A stretch of DNA of 64,000 nt from Octopus sinensis. Lineage: Eukaryota. Within the stretch, counting starts at the first letter, position 1, and each line of letters begins with the position of its first letter. Location: assembly GCF_006345805.1 (NCBI RefSeq), contig NC_043006.1, positions 72,416,001 to 72,480,000 on the forward strand, written 5' to 3'. The translations under genes were made by a program, and so were the position numbers. A model generated the notes under the pieces. That model was not told the origin of the DNA and did not search any database. It saw nothing but the letters and a program-made list of their open reading frames with translations. Positions 1-14,101 of this stretch are shown one piece after another.

Positions 1-1971
1 GAGGGCAGTGAGACAGAAAATGTGCTGGATCTGGAGGATACCATAGTGAATAGTGGGGATGCAGTGGATGGATCCCAAATGGAAAGGCAGTGGATGGAGA
101 ATAGCGAGAAGGGTGGGTGGTGAGATAAAAATAAGAGGAGGTGGTTGGTGGCAATACAAACGAGAAAACAATATAATTACATGCACCCAATGGAGTCATT
201 AACAAGCCATTATAAGGATTACTAATCAGAAATATAAATTATCCATACTGTTAGAGCAGTGTACCACCATTAACACTAACACTCAGACATGTTGACATTT
301 ACTGAAAGAAAAAAACTTTTGGAACAATTCCTAATATTGCACATGTAAATCACATGGCTGGAGTAATGTATGTCACCTAATGGATATCCATAACAAATGA
401 TTCCCACTTTAAAAAAAAATTACATACATACAAGAACATATAAACAATGCCAAGAGCAGAGGTTATAGCTTAAAGGAAATAAACCTATTCAAATCCAATT
501 TTAAAGGTCTGATGCTCAATACAGACAGTAACAATCTAATTTGTAAACTATTTAATTTTATCACAAAATGATAATTAACATGGAAATTTTTTTTTGTTTT
601 TATATTTTCTTTCATAATATAAACTCTCTGAGATTACAGCCCATCAACAAAATTATGCAGCGTTGTTTCGTTTCTTTTTTATTTTTATACAAACATGCAA
701 ACTCAAGTGAAAATAATGACTAATAATTAGCTAGATGCTCTAGATTTGTGCACTAACATAGGGCCTCTTAGTTTTTATTAATCTGATTTATATAAAGACA
801 TGGCAATAGCAATGATATGATTATAGCATTGAGTTATAATTGGAATAGCTGTTAGTGAATGAGAATGGTCTAGTTGGGTGTAAAGCAGTTAGAGAAAGCA
901 GAAACATCAAATATGAACATCAGAAATAACAAGTGAGGAGATGGAAAGTGTTTCACTACAAACTATTCCAAAGTTTTGGATAACATCCAAACGGGAGGTC
1001 ATTTGGCATGCTCAACTAAAGCTAGCATATTTACACACCCTTAAAAGGAAAATGTAATAATTCAACTAAACAAATAAGTAGATTAAAAATGTGTATGTAT
1101 GAGTGTGTACATGAGTGACTATGAATATATAAATTTGTACACCTTTGTATATCTGTTTATGTATCCATATCTCTGTATCTATGTATGAATGTGCACATAT
1201 GTATGTGTACATATGTGCTTATGCCTGTGTGTATATCTAAGAGACACAGGAGCAAGTATATTATAATGTTACAGTTTAGTAAAAATAAGCTGTAACACAA
1301 GTTTATACACCAAGTTCTAGATAATCTAGTTTTTTTTCCCCACTATCTTGTGGAAAAAAAAAAAAAAGAATATGAAATATGAAAACACTGTTTTCATATT
1401 TCCATGGATCTGAAATAGCTGTAAGGCAAGATATCATTATAAATACTAACTGACAAACATGAAGAGAGACACTTATTTGTTGTTTAACCTGATTACAGGT
1501 TTACCAACGAATCCATAGTGACAGTTCATTAGTAAGGTAGTATTCAAATTATTTAGTAACCACACCTCAGCTCACACAACATGAACACACTGAAGCTCTA
1601 TTTTCATTTAGGTTATTGATTTCAGTTTTAGAGATCTGATAAAAAGTTTATAACAGAAAAAAAAAAACACTACAAACTCAAATTTCATAAGATAAACAAT
1701 TTTCATAAAAATTGAAATGAGAAAATGTTAAATTCACATCAAGTAAACCTGTAGTAGTAGTAGTAGTAGTAGTAGTAGTTTATTTATAGCTCTAGAAATT
1801 TAACCTAGTAGTGCCTAAATCCTCAATATTACATACAATAATAACTTAAGCTTTTTTTCAACTGTAAACATTTAGATTTTCTCAGATATATATATATATA
1901 TATATATAAAATCATTTTAACATCCATTTTTCCATGCTTGCACAGGTCATGTATAATTTGTTGAGACAGAT

Positions 1972-2024
<53 letters not shown>

Positions 2025-3712
2025 ATAAGAGATATATAGGTCACAATCACAAGATTGTGGTTTCAATTTCCAGACTGACAGTGCATTGTGTTCCTGAGCA
2101 AAATGCTTCAGTTCATGTTGCACTAATTGGACGCAGCTGTAAATGGGTAACCCTGCAATGGACTGGCATTCTGTTCAGTGGGGATGTTGGACTGGCATTC
2201 TGTTCAGTGGAGATGTTGGCCTGTCCAACTAACCAGCAGTGTGGCATCATTTGAAAACAATGACAATGTGAGGAAGCACATCGGGACCTGCAGTATATAA
2301 ACAACATCCAGTAACCTGGTTGCTGCAGTTACATATATATTATACTGTTGCTATTAGGTTAAACTGTCTTATGTCCAAATTTGCCCAAATGTGTTTTTCT
2401 CAATACTTAATTTTTGGTCAAACTATCCTATCTCCAGCTGCTTCAGATGCCAAGATATCAAAAATTGTCAGTGTAGTACAACAGTTTTGCTATGGAATGG
2501 TGAAACTATTTTTTTGTTTTCTGAAAAAGCAATATTTTGGACACTTTTGCATAATACCAACGATATATATATATATATCATCATCGTCATTTAACGTCCG
2601 CTTTCCATATATATATGTGTGTGTATGTGTATGTGTGGTGCCAAATAAAAACCACCCACTACACACTACACTCTGTAAAATGGTTGGTGTTATGATGGGC
2701 ATCCAGCTGTAGAAATCAGACTAGGGAACCTGGTGTGGCCCCTGGCCTTACCATAGTTCTTGTCAAGCCATCCAACCCATGCTAGCATGAAAAATTGACA
2801 TTAAATGTTGATGATGATACATATATCATCATCATCATCGTTTAACATCCACTTTCCATGCTGGCATGGGTTGGACGGTTTGACTAAGGTCTGGAGAGCC
2901 AGCGGCTGCACCAGACTCCGATCTGATCTGGCAATGTTACTACAGCTGGATGCCCTTCCTAACGCCAACCTCTCCAAGAGTATAGTGGGTGCTTTTTACA
3001 TGCCACCGGCACAGGAGTCAGTCAAGAGGGCCTGGCATTGATCACGTTCAGATGCTGCTTTTTACATGTCACCGGCACAAGAGCCAGTCAAGGGGTACTG
3101 GCATCGGTCGCATCAGTTGGTGCTTTTTACGTGCCAGCCATCCCAGTTTCTGTGCTAGCATGGTTCAACATGAAATAATTGCTTATATGCACCAAACAAA
3201 GAATCTTTAACTTGTCCAAACTCTCAATTTTGTCTTTGTCTTCCTAAAAGAGCATAGAAGTATCCAAAAAAAAATATAATAGTTATGAAGTTAAGCAATT
3301 AAAACCTCAATAAAAATATACATTTTTTTTATAAGTCTCTGAATTAAGTAAAAAATATGATTGATTTTCAATATTTTGTCAGGTGAGTTTCAAACAAAAT
3401 GTCACTTTCCATTTTTCATTGCTTTAACTGCTAAATTTATTATTCTGTGTCCTTGTACAATACTACAGTTTTTGGTCCCATGTTGGATTCATTCATCCTT
3501 TTGACAAGTGTTGTGTTTTGTCCTGCTAGATTTCTAACAATCTTACTAAACAAGAAAAATGCCATGAACTGGCAGGAAGTAAGTAATTGTTTTTACATTT
3601 AAGAGGTCAACAATACAAATAATTATAAAGTATAAGTATACAGAGGAAACTACATGTGATTGTTATATAGCCAAGTACTGTCTGGATGTAAGTTTTTAAA
3701 AAATTCAAAATA

Positions 3713-4100
3713 GGCGTAGGAGTGGCTGTGTCGTAAGTAGCTTGCTTACGAACCACATGGTTCCAGGTTCAGTCCCACCGTGTGGCACCTTGGGCAAGTG
3801 TCTTCTACTATAGCACTATAGCCTCAGGCCAACCAAAGCTTTGTGAGTGGATTTGGTAGACGGTATATATATGTATGTGTGTGTATATGTTTGTGTGCCT
3901 GCGTTTGTCCCCCAACATCATTTGACAACCGATGCTGGTGTGTTTATGTCCGTGTAACTTAGCGGTTCGGCAAAAGGGATCGATAAAATAAGTACTAGGC
4001 TTACAAAGAATAAGTTCTGGGGTCAATTTGCTCGACTAAAGGCGGTGCTCCAGCATGGCCACAGTCAAATGACTGAAACAAGTAAAAGAGTAAAAAGAGT
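3713..4100 (+). mobile_element. tRNA-derived SINE family A, near full length
   Basis: A box GTGGCTGTGTCGT and B box GGTTCAGTCCC, an internal TA/TG microsatellite, and a (GTAAAAGA)n tail. Many copies occur in the window. Confidence 0.85.
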
Positions 4101-4193
4101 ACTAACATGCATGAAACCAAATGCAAATTCATGCGAGTTGTTCCCTGTAGAACAATGCTTTCTAACCAATTTTTTTTTTAGAGTACACTTTAA

Positions 4194-4401
4194 CCCTTTA
4201 GCACTTAAACCAGCCGTATCTGACTAAGTATTTTGTTTTATGTTCAAAGTGGCCAGATCAGGCCTCTCACACCTATCTTGCTATGTCTTTCCAGGATTAA
4301 GCAATCACATCATCAAAATTTTGAAGCTATAAAAATTAATTAATTCAAAACAATGTGAATAAATAAGCATTGCATTAGACAGTAACCTGAGTGCTAAAGG
4401 G
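4194..4401. mobile_element. piggyBac-type MITE (same family, opposite orientation)
   Basis: TTAA|CCCTTTAGCA...TGCTAAAGGG|TTAG. The internal sequence is the reverse complement of the 44727 copy. Confidence 0.75.
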
Positions 4402-5291
4402 TTAGAATAAATAAGTGTTTAAGCATAAAGTTAAAAAATATATATTAAAAAATGGTATTTGAAGAAATAAATGAAGAAAATGAGTCTCAGGTAGAAAAGA
4501 AATAAGTGCTGCTGTTAGAGTTTAAAGTGATTATGTCAAGTACTAATTAAAATACTTTTTTTTCTAGCATACAAAACAATAATGATGAAAATCTTTATGA
4601 AAAAATATTTGATTAGAAAAAATTGCGTGATTGAGTATTTATATTTTTATTAGCATTTTCTGTTATTTTTCATGACTGTAAAAGAATTAAGAAAGCAAGA
4701 AGCACTTTCTCAACTTTAACTTTTGAATCATTTGATACATTTACAATTAAATTTCATACTAGTATACCTGTGTTGTCAAAAATGCCAATAGTTTCATTAA
4801 TGATAGAAAATGGCACATCAAAACAATGGGAGGAACTATTGATTAATTTATTATCTAAAGACTTTGTACATACAAATCATAGTTTTGATAATTCTTACAT
4901 GAGCCAGCATCATCTGACTGCCAAAAATAACCATTCATCATGATACATAAAAGTATATTGTCACTTGTGCTATCAATAGCAACAGCTTTTCTACTGATAA
5001 CATTTTTTTACTGTTTCATTTAATGGTCTTATGATAATTAAAAAATTTAATTTAAAATGATAATACTGCATTTGCAAAAATCTTACACTTTTATTTTCAA
5101 AACATTTGTGATTTCCATAAAGATTTCCCTATTTTCCATCGTTATTTATGAGTAATTAAGATTATTCCAATTTCTTGTGCTGAAAACAACATAAAGCTGC
5201 CCATAACTAAATACAGTAAAAAAGACAACTTGATTAAATGACTGGCCTTGTGACTTGGTAGTGGCCATGGCAAATGCAGATATTATAAGAA

Positions 5292-5498
5292 ACTCTTTAC
5301 TCTTTTACTTATTTCAGTCATTTGACTGTGGCCATGCTGGAGCATCACCTTTAGTCGATCGAGCAAATCGACCCCAGGACTTATTCTTTGTAAGCCTAGT
5401 ACTTATTTTATCGATCTCTTTTGCTGAACCGCTAAGTTACAGGGACATAAACACACCAGCATCGGTTGTCAAGCGATGTTGGGGGGGGGGCTAAACAG

Positions 5499-5549
<51 letters not shown>

Positions 5550-5715
5550 TACGACGAGCTTCTTTCAGTTTCCGTCTACCAAATCCACTCACAAGCCTTT
5601 GGTCGGCCCAAGGATATAGTAGAAGACACTTGCCCATGGTGCCACGCAGTGGGACTGAACCTGGAACAATGTGGTTGGTAAGCAAGCTACTTACCACACA
5701 ACTACTCCTGCGCCT
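5292..5715 (-). mobile_element. SINE family A
   Basis: Reverse complement of the 3713 copy. Confidence 0.85.
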
Positions 5716-5779
5716 GTCAACTGTTCAGCACAAAAGGAACATTTGTATCACATAGTGACATACTCCTCTTGGGGACAAA

Positions 5780-7080
5780 CGCCTCCTCTCTTTTCTTACT
5801 TCCATTTAATATCTTTCCATGAATGTATAGATCATGCAGGGATATTACCAACAAAGGATGCCAGCTCTTTCCAATGCTTCCTTTTCACTACCTTCTCTGA
5901 AAAAGACAGGTCCTTGCTGTTGCAAAAACATGTACAACTTCACTTTTCAAGCATATTTTCACATTTACATGAGTACTGAATTTACAACATCAGTACTTGA
6001 TACAGTGAACTACATAGCTATTATCAGCTGGTCAATCTCTCATCAACTTTTTCAAGTATCACTTGAAAAGGAAGGTGAGGGTAGAGAGGCAAGTTTTGTC
6101 TAGCAAATGTTTCAGAAAAAGATGAATAAATGTAGCAAGGATGGCACGTATGAATGACAAAGCCACCTCGAGCATTTTCCTATAAACCGGAAAATTTTTT
6201 TTTTTTAAACGGAGTTACTTATTTGTAAATAAATATGTTCATATGCGACATTATTGCCCGAGGTTACTGTGGTCTTTTTGTAGGTTTTTCTTTCCACAGA
6301 TAAACCTCCCCATTTCTTGGGAACTTTTTGTATTATTTCAATTTTTTGCAAATACGATTCCGATCCCTTTTGATTGTTGTCCTTATTTTTCTTTTTTTTA
6401 CTTTGTTTTCGCCCACCTCGAAAAGAAAAACTCTACATTGTAATTGTCCCCATTGTGTCCAGCCCTGTGTGGCCAATAAAAAAAGTTATTATCAGCTGCA
6501 CCATTACTAACTTGCACTGCTGTACCTTGATGTCAACTGCAACATGGAAAACCATAGTTATTTATCTTTGTTTCATGAAGAACTTCTTTCAGAAACTTCA
6601 TTCAACAGTGTTCATTTTCCATATAACAAGCTCTCAGGTTTTCTTCACCACATGCATTTTTCTATAACACGAAGTAAAGACTGTTTCTATGTCAGGAATT
6701 TTAGCACGAACAACTTCATCTATTTGCAAGAAGTCTTTGAACTTATCATCTCAATGTAATATTATTAAGATACGGGCAGGTGGCAACCCCCTTTTCTGAA
6801 ACTCAGTGATGTACAAATGAGCTACAAGTCTACTGAAAATGTACCACTTTGTGTCATCATCCAGAAGTTGCTTTAGAATCAACTTGAAACACCTTGCTAT
6901 TAGATCTGGTCTAGCTGAGGGATTTTGCTTATGAAATAACTTATCCCTAATTTCAGACTAGTTTAGATTACATGTCATTGTAATGAAAATATCAGGTGTT
7001 CCATGTTGACATACTATGGCCATTGCATTGTGATAACATTCTTGCATGTTTGTGGAGATTCTTGAAATGAAGATAGAAGA
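5780..7080 (-). mobile_element. Decayed Helitron Rep (HUH endonuclease) fragment
   Basis: Manual translation from 7047 gives MQECYHNAMAIVCQHGTPDIFITMTCNLN*...RPDLIARCFKL...YITEFQKRGLPPARILII. This matches Helitron Rep motifs PDLFITxTCNP, RPDxxARxF and EFQKRGLPHxHIL. It is absent from the ORF track because of stops. Confidence 0.85.
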
Positions 7081-7747
7081 AAAAATGGATGCCCAGCCTA
7101 AGCAGCCTCTGGTGCATATTACACAACATTATTTAAATGATCAGCAAAGCTGCTGTAAAGTTCCACCTTCAATGTTTGTTGTTAGTTTCTGATTAAACTC
7201 AGGTTGTTTGCTTCCACTTGTAAGTAGGAATCTTCCCCCAATAAAGAATTGGATTATCCTTGACCACTGTCAGTGAAACCTTATGCTATAACATTGATAT
7301 TTCATGTATCAATATTGGGTCTATTATGAATATTTCCTTCAATTTTTGTGGTTACTATCCTAAAAAAATCACTCAGTACATACATACTATATAGTAATTG
7401 GCATTAGGAAGAGCATCCAGTTGTAGAAACAATACCAAAGTAGACATTGGTGCATGATGCAGTCATTGAACATATTGAATACTGTCAAACTGTCCAACCC
7501 ATGCCAAAACAGAACATGGACATTCATCATCATCATCATCATCATTTAACGTCCACTTTCCATGCAGGCATGGGTTGGATGGTTTGACTGAGGTCTGGAG
7601 GGCCAGCAGCTCCAATCTGATCTGGCAATGTTTCTACAGCTGGATGCCCTTCCTAACGCCAACCATTCTAAGAGTATAGTGGGTGCTTCTTACGTGCCAC
7701 CAGCACAGGAGCGAGTCACGGGGGACTGGCATCGGCCATGTTCGGAC

Positions 7748-7789
<42 letters not shown>

Positions 7790-7810
7790 TGATGATGATA
7801 CACACATATG

Positions 7811-8714
7811 CAGGGGTTGGACAAAATAATGGAAACACCTTAAAATTTCAAACAAATTTATTTTAATATGGGGTAAGACCACCTTTGGCAGTAATTACAG
7901 CTTGAATTCTATGAGGTATGGTCTTGTACAAAGTTTGAATTGTTTCCAAAGGTATTTTTGTCCATTCTTCAGCTAAAACAGTCTCTAGTTCTTGTAGTGA
8001 TGATGGTGGAGGACATTGACTCCTTATTTGTTTTTCTAAAATGCACCATAAATGTTCAATAATATTGAGATCTGGGGACTGTGGTGGCCAGATAAGATGT
8101 TCAACTTCACTAGAATGTTCCTCGTGTCATTCAGTAACAACTTTAGCTGTGTGAATTGGTGCATTATCATCCTGAAAGGGTGTGTTTCCCTTCAGAAACA
8201 GTTCTGCAACCATAGGATGAATTTGATCAGATAAAATGCTTAAATAGTCTTCACTATTTATTCTGCAATGAATGGAAACTATTGGGCTGGCAGATTTCCA
8301 AGATATAGCACACCAGATCATCACAGATCCTCCTACATGTTTAACAGTTGGAAGAAGGTAGTCTGGATCAAATGCTTCTTTTGACTGTCTCCACACATAC
8401 ACTTGGCTGGTGGTCGGAAATAAGGTAAAGGATGACTTGTTCATGTAAATAACATTCTTCCACTGCTCTAGGGACCAATTCTGAAGGTTTTTACTCCACT
8501 CTAAATGCTTTGCAATGTTTGTTTTTGTAAGTAATGGTTTTCTGATTGTAGTCCTCCTGTGAAATCCAGCTTGGTGCAGCTCCCAGCAAAGAGTTTTTGT
8601 GGAAACTGGGTTCTCAAGGTGGTCATTGAGCTCTGCAGTAATTTTGGTTTTATAGATATTTCAGAATTATGATGCTATGATACTAGGTGATTCCATTATT
8701 TTGTCCAACCCCTG
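7811..8714 (-). mobile_element. Internally deleted Tc1-family transposon
   Basis: TIRs CAGGGGTTGGACAAAATAATGGAA at both ends. The minus-strand remnant reads PTVKHVGGSVMIWCAIS...FQDDNAPIHTAKVV. Confidence 0.9.
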
Positions 8715-8763
<49 letters not shown>

Positions 8764-8793
8764 ATATATATATATATATTATATATATATATA

Positions 8794-10073
8794 TCAGGTT
8801 GAGTAAAAAGTAAGCAACATTTTGAACCATGAAGAAAGTACTGGATTTTTGCAGAGTTTTGAATTTTCTTAAACATTTTTTTGCAATTGTCTGATAATAA
8901 AGACATAGATTTGCCCAAATGCTTCAATAAATTAACATTGATATTTTTTTCACCTTTGTCACAATCATTTGAAATGGAACTGTCAAGGCGCAATATTCAA
9001 GCAAATTTGCTATTTAACTTCAAAAAAGGACGTAAAGCAGCTGAAACTGCTCACAACATCAATGAAATGTTTGGTAAGGAAATGACCAGTGAATGGTCAG
9101 CTTGGAAATGGTTTAAATGTTTTGCAGTGGAGACCTGAACCTTGAAGATTGTGAGCATAGTGGACGCCCATCTGTCATCAATGACAGTCAATTAAAGACC
9201 ATCATTGAAAAAGATCCACATAAAACCATTTGAGAACTGGCAAAAGAACTTAAAGTTGGCTAGAAAACTGCCTGCAACCATTTGCATGTGATCAGAAAAT
9301 CAAAAAAGCTTCACAAATGGGTATCACACGATTTCAATGAAAATCAAAAAATGTGCAGATGTGAAGTTTGCTTGTCACTACTTCTCCGTAACGAGACCGA
9401 TCCATTTCTTGACTGTATTGTAACTTGCGATGAAAAGTGGATTATGTACAATAATATAAAATGTTCTTTGCAGTGGTTGGACAAAATGAATCACCGGAAA
9501 CCTTCCCTAAACCCAAGCTTTCCAAAAAGAAGATTATGGTGACTGTTTGGTGGTATACTGCTGGATTCATCCACTACAACTTCTTAAAACCTGGAAAAAC
9601 CATTACTGCAGACACATATTGCCATGAAATTGCCAAAATGAATGAAAAACTGTTACTCCTCCAACCCAGAGTGGTCAACAGAAGAGGGCCAATCATTTTT
9701 TATGACAATGCTCGACCACATGTTTCTCGAATGATGCTCCAGAAAAGTTGAGGGAACTTGGTTATGAAGTTTTCCCCTACCCAGCTTATTCCCCAAACCT
9801 TTCTCCTACCGACTACCACTTTTCCAAGCACCTTGATGGCCTCCTGTGAAAGGAGTTCAAAAATTAAACTGATGCTGAAAGTGTGTTCAAAGAGTTCATC
9901 AGCTCTAGAACTCCAGGTTTTTATGTTACCAGAATATACAAACTTGTAACTCGTTGGCAAAATTGTGTTGATTGTAATGGTGCTTACTTTGATGAATAAA
10001 ACTTCTGCATTGTTGAAATATATTAAGATGAATTTCATGTTTCAAAACATTGCTTACATTTTACTCAGCCTCA
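8794..10073 (+). mobile_element. Full-length but decayed mariner (DD34D) transposon
   Basis: TIRs TCAGGTTGAGTAAAAAGTAAGCAA... at both ends, flanked by TA, 1280 bp long. The transposase remnant (8974-9999) has WVSHDF (WVPHEL), IVTCDEKW, YDNARPHV and YSPNLSPTDYH, with frameshifts and stops. Confidence 0.93.
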
Positions 10074-10904
10074 TACATACACACACACACACACACACAC
10101 AAATATAGACACACACATACATACATGCATACATATTCATTTCTTTCATTCATTTTATGTGTATATTTCCATTCTTGCATGGGCCGGATGAATATGATAT
10201 TTGAGGCATTGTCTTATAGCTGGATGCCTTTCCAGACACTAACTCAGTACTATATATGTGTGTGTGTTTGTGTATAAGTATACTTATGGAGTCATTATTA
10301 GGTCCTTCAGCAATTTGAAATTACATATTCTTTGGTAAATTCATACCATACATCTAATCTATAAAGAACATTTTGTAAGCTTGATGTAGCTTGTATACAA
10401 TTAAGATTTTTAATACAATGTATATATACAGACATCCATTTACATTATGGCTACCTCAGGCTAAAGAATTTCACATTGACAGAAACTGTAAAGTATGAGC
10501 ACTTATTTCAGGTCATGGCCTGTAATTTCATTCTTTAGGGAACTATACTTTCTTCTTGGCCAAAATACATTTTAGCTAAAATCAAAGTATAGCTAACAAT
10601 TTGAAAACTATCATCATGATACATATATATTATGAATATATACACACACACACATACATAATCATCATCCTTCGATGTTCACTTTCCTGTGCTTGCATGG
10701 GTCAGATGGAATTTATTGAGGTAGATATCCTATGGCGAGATGGTCTTCTTGTTACCAACCTTCATCTGTTTCCAAGCAAGGTAATATTTTCTTACAATCA
10801 CATATATCTTTCATAGATGACTGGAAATGAACAGCATCACTTGTATGGTGATGCTAGTTTACAGCCATCAAATGATGTGAAGACAAGGATACACACAAAA
10901 ACAC

Positions 10905-10952
<48 letters not shown>

Positions 10953-12419
10953 ATGGATATCTTTCTGTTTACATCTATCAAATCCACTCACAAGGCTTTG
11001 GTTTGTCTGGGGCTAAAGTAGAAGACACTTGCCAAGTGGGACTGAACCTGAGATCACATGGTTGGGAGCAAGCTTCTTAAACATACAGCCATGCCTGCAC
11101 CTATATATCATCATCATCATTTCACATCCACTTTCCATACTGGCATGAGTTGGATGGTTTGACTGAGAACTGGCAAGCCAGGAGGCTGCACCAGGCTCCA
11201 ATCTGATTTGGCAAGATTTCTACAGCTGGATGTCGTTTCTAACGCCAACCACTAGAGAGTGCAGTGGGTGCTTTTACCTGCCACCGGCACAGATGCCAGT
11301 CAGGCAGCAATGGTATCAGCCATGCTCAAATGGTGCTTTTTACATGCCACCAGCATGGGTGCCAGTCAGGCAGCACAGGCATCAGCCATGACTACAATTT
11401 CACTGAGTTCAACAGGTCTTCACAAGCATGGCATATTGCTCAACAATTGAAGGGTGCTTTTAAACGGGCCACTGGCATCCGCCATGACTATCATCTCACT
11501 TGGCATATCTCCAAAGGTCTCTGTCACTTGTCATTGCCTCTGTGAGGCCCAACATCTCATCCCATGTCTTCCTGGGTCTACCTTTTCCCCAGGTTCCCGC
11601 CACCCAAATGCCACATAAAGGCATGAAATTATGTTTCATTTGTCCATCTATCAATAACAAAGAAATGTGTGTGTGTGTGTGTGTGTGTGTACACATTTTT
11701 CCTTTTGTCTTGGTTCTGTCAATTCATGGTTATAGTTAGTCCATTTTTAGCAAAAGTATGAAAAATATTGTTTTCTATATAAAATATGAAAATTTGCAAG
11801 CTACATGAAATACATACATGAAATTTAACAACCTATTAATACAGACTCTCCTGGTCAATTATATGTGTGGGTGGTCTAGTCATAGATTGGTGTTCAAATT
11901 TCAGCTTGTTGACTGAAAATGATTTTCTTCAGAAAACCTGTTTGCTATACAATTTGTTGATTTAGTATACTGTTTGTATATCATCTCTTAGTATTGATAT
12001 GCATGCATAATGTACTCCTGAAGTAAATGGACTCCCAGTCACTTATACATGTATATGCTTGTTTGAGGTTTGTTGATCAAATTTCAGTTTGTTTTGTAAG
12101 TTTGATGCTCTTCAGAAAAACCTTTCTTTATTCAATTTGTTCTTATAGGGAACTGTTTACATATGAATACCCCATTAAATATATATATCAACCTCCACTT
12201 CTGGAAGAAGTTCGGCATAATGGATGCTGAGGATAGCATGGCTGAGTCATAAGATGAAGTGAAACTCTCAACTTTGAATGATATTTGAAAAAATATATGG
12301 TCAGATTACACCAGTGGCTTTTACAATTTTTCTACAAACTAAAACTCTACATCAAATTCAGAGAGATATTGTTGACATTTGAGTTTGAAGAAATTAGAGA
12401 ATGAGGTGTTTGAGTAGCT

Positions 12420-13070
12420 AGAGTTCCATAGAAAAAGATCACCTAAGAGGAGCTGATACCATCTTCCTTGTACAATAATTGCAAGAGAAGATTTTAGCTA
12501 AAATTAAGTCTCTCTACTTAGCAATTGATGATCTGGAGAAGACCTTTGACAGGTAGTTTTGTGGTTTGAAATAAAACTAGTAGATGACTGGCTTGTGAGA
12601 GCAGTACAAGCCATGTACAGAGATGCAATCAGTAAATTCAGAGTTGGTAGTAAGTTCCCTGGGGAATTTAGCATGTAGCACATTGGTGTACATCAAGGTT
12701 TAATCCTAAGCCCCTCCAATTTATTATAGTTCTCTATAGCTATTACAGAGGAGTTTAAGACTGGCAGTCAGTGGGAACTCTTTATATGTTGATGCCCTAG
12801 TACTGGTAGTGGAAACTGGAGGATGTAGAAAAAAATCCCAGTTATGGAAACAAAACAGAGTTGAGAGGATTCAAAGTAAACTTAGCAAAGACTAAAGTTT
12901 CAGTCAGTAGAAATGAAGACAAGACTCAGCTGTCATCAGGAAATGGCTGTGTAGAAAAAAAGTATGTAGATATTCCATAATGTGTACTCAAAGCTAGAGA
13001 TGCCCAAGAAGTTTGACGGAATCAAAGCAGGTTGATAAAGACTTTGTATGTAGCAGTTGCAAGGGAGGAG
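12420..13070 (+). mobile_element. Decayed RTE-clade LINE reverse transcriptase fragment
   Basis: Remnants DTIFLVQ*LQEKILAKIKSLYLAIDDLEKTFDR, GVHQGLILSP and LYVDAL correspond to DLEKAFDR, QGSVLSP and YADD. Confidence 0.8.
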
Positions 13071-13712
13071 TTAGCAGTCATCATTATTATTTAATATCTG
13101 CTTTCCATGCTAGTATGGGTCGGACAGTTCAATAGGAGCTGGTGAGTTAGAGGATTGTGTTATGCTCTACTGTCTACTTTGGCATGGTTTCTACAGCCAG
13201 ATGCTTGTTCTAACGCCAGCCACTTTACAGAATGTACCGGGTGCTTTTTACATAGTACCAGCATCAGCAAGATCACCACATACCTTCCAAGACAAAGACT
13301 CCTCAACTGAGATGGGGAGTAGTATTGAGGGAGGTGGCTTTGTGTCAAGTGATAAAGTATGACAGAGAGACCGAAACAGGTGTCTTGTTGTAGAGAAGAG
13401 ACATGGCTATCCCAGTTGGGAAAGAGAGAGAGAGAGAAAAAAGTTGGAGGTGAAAACGTGTCAAGACATATCTTCAACTTTGAGAGGTGAATATAAGTGA
13501 AATGGTACAGCAGGTTAGACAGGGTGAGTGGGCAGTGACATAAATTCCTTCTAATGTTTGGAATGCTCTATAGAAGTAGCTGATAGTTGATCAGCAACAA
13601 AAGTGGACACTCTAAAAGCATAGGGGTCAGAATACAAATTAGGTGTAAAAAGTTCAGCAAGTTATTACCTCTGCTATCAAGTAAAGAGTAGATTATACAA
13701 TGCTTATAAACA

Positions 13713-14101
13713 AGGTGTAGGAGTGGCTGTGTGGTAAGTAGCTTGCTTACGAACCACATAGTTCTGAGTTCAGTCCCACTGCGTGGCACATTGGGCAAGT
13801 GTCTTCTACTATAGCTTCAGGCCAACCAAAGCCTTGTGAGTGGATTTGATAGACGGAAACTGAAAGAAGCCCATCGTATATATGTATATATATATATATG
13901 TTTGTGTATTTGTTCCCCCAACATCGCTTGACAACCAATGCTGGTGTGTTTACGCCCCCCCTAACTTAGCGGTTCGGTAAAAGAGACCAATAGAATAAGT
14001 ACTAGGCTTACAAAAAAAATAAGCCCTGTGGTCGATTTGCTCGACTAAAGGCGGTGCTCCAGCATGGCCACAGTCAAATGACTGAAACAAGTAAAAGAGT
14101 A
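13713..14101 (+). mobile_element. SINE family A
   Basis: Same consensus as 3713-4100. Confidence 0.85.

Noticed and set aside
3713-3790. tRNA genes at SINE heads
   Set aside because: A/B boxes are present but run into SINE bodies repeated many times, and no intact cloverleaf is seen.
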